DNA of 64,000 nt. It comes from Candidatus Latescibacterota bacterium. GTDB taxonomy: Bacteria > Latescibacterota > CBDEFO01. The notes below the pieces were generated by a model. That model did no database searches. It was not told where the DNA came from and saw only the letters and a list, made by a program, of their open reading frames with translations. This document shows, piece after piece, positions 63,015 through 64,000 of this stretch (position 1 is its first letter; the number at the start of each line of letters is the position of its first letter). The stretch covers positions 352,001 through 416,000 of the forward strand of contig CBDEFO010000008.1 of the NCBI GenBank assembly GCA_965237525.1, in the 5' to 3' direction. The position numbers and the translations under genes are program-made.

Positions 63015-64000
63015 ATGTTAAACACTATGCGCCAAAAGGGGTTCATTAAGGTCACAATTTGGATCACGGCAGTGGGCTTTGTAGCCCTTATGGTAGCAGG
63101 ATGGGCTGCCAATGTGAACGTCTGGCTCAGCCAAAAGCTCGGACCACAGTTCGGAAGAGTTAATGACTACAAGGTAACCTACGAGGAATTCAGGGGCTCC
63201 CTCGGACACCTCTATAACCACGAGAAAGCTCAATTGGGGAACGCAGAGCCCGATATGAAAAGACTCATTAACCAGGCCTGGGATACTTTCATAGGACAGG
63301 CTATAATCTCCCAGCAGATTAAAAAGAGGAACATCAAAGTCTCAGACAGCGAGCTTGCTTATTACAACCGCATAGCACCGCCTCAGCTTGTCCGGAGTCT
63401 GGAAGTCTTCCAGACGGAGGGAGAGTTCGATCCTGTAAAGTACAGCCAGTTTCTGGATGATCCTGCAAACTACGAGGATCCGAGCAACAGACAGTTTATA
63501 CTCGTGGCCGAGAACCGAGTTAGGAACACACTCTTGACCCAGAAGCTCCAAAACAGAGTAATAGGAGCTGTCAAAGTCACCGACCCTGAGGTCAGGAAAG
63601 CCTACATAGACGACAACGAAAAGGTAAAAGTCAAATATGTCTTCGCGGCGATAGGCTCGTTTCCCGATTCCCTGGTATCTGTCTCCAAGGAGGAGATAGG
63701 GGCATATTACCGGGATCACCAGGATGATTTCAAAGAAGAGGCCCAGGCACAATGCCAATACGTCGTGTTCGATAAGAAACCGAGTCACTCGGATTCGCTT
63801 AGGACGGAAAAACGCATAAGGGATCTTTTTAACGAGGCTAAATCAGGAGCTGATTTTGCAGAGTTAGCTGAGGAAAACTCGGAAGACCCAGGATCGGCAC
63901 AAAAGGGAGGGGATCTGGGCTTTTTCGCCAGAGGATGGATGGACAAAACTTTTGAGGATGCCGCTTTTGCCCTCGATGTAGGCGAGGTCAGTGAGCCTGT
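63015..64000 (+). CDS. SurA/PpiD-type peptidylprolyl isomerase (runs off right edge)
   Basis: Not in the ORF track. Manual translation gives MLNTMRQK, a TM helix, and GADFAELAEENSEDPGSAQKGGDLGFF..FEDAAFAL; AAGGAG RBS. Confidence 0.9.
   Translation, partial: MLNTMRQKGFIKVTIWITAVGFVALMVAGWAANVNVWLSQKLGPQFGRVNDYKVTYEEFRGSLGHLYNHEKAQLGNAEPDMKRLINQAWDTFIGQAIISQQIKKRNIKVSDSELAYYNRIAPPQLVRSLEVFQTEGEFDPVKYSQFLDDPANYEDPSNRQFILVAENRVRNTLLTQKLQNRVIGAVKVTDPEVRKAYIDDNEKVKVKYVFAAIGSFPDSLVSVSKEEIGAYYRDHQDDFKEEAQAQCQYVVFDKKPSHSDSLRTEKRIRDLFNEAKSGADFAELAEENSEDPGSAQKGGDLGFFARGWMDKTFEDAAFALDVGEVSEP

Noticed and set aside
63018..63788. Minus-strand ORFs at the right edge
   Set aside because: Antisense to the SurA/PpiD gene.

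Overview
Bacterial chromosomal window, mostly moderate GC. Its gene content (GH-like TIM barrels, PhyH dioxygenases, a sulfatase-like gene, cupins) is reminiscent of Latescibacterota/Poribacteria-type genomes, but that is inference only. Host genes include an ATP-grasp protein, a sigma70 factor, a SufR-like regulator, ArgE, RqcH, GuaB3, an acyl-CoA synthetase, an NSS transporter, tRNA-Thr(CGT), clpB (3'-truncated), dnaK and a SurA/PpiD protein. Two mobile regions (3.7-8.2 kb and 39-56.8 kb) interrupt these genes. They consist of scattered prophage remnants (major capsid gene, small and large terminase) and five IS1595-type units carrying restriction-modification cargo. Three units carry a methyltransferase-Mrr-like nuclease fusion with exchanged central domains, and two of these share a G8 frameshift. 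One intact MTase + MvaI/BcnI-like unit sits inside the terminase gene with a perfect 8-bp target duplication. One unit carries Dcm-Vsr-EcoRII-like genes. Other notable signals are a dispersed ~23-bp palindrome that lies in frame inside several host proteins, a mosaic four-gene tandem array of GH-like paralogs, an unclassified DDE insertion sequence and an iteron-like 21-bp repeat. No CRISPR array, rRNA or reverse transcriptase was seen. All calls come from reading motifs by eye; no searches were run.
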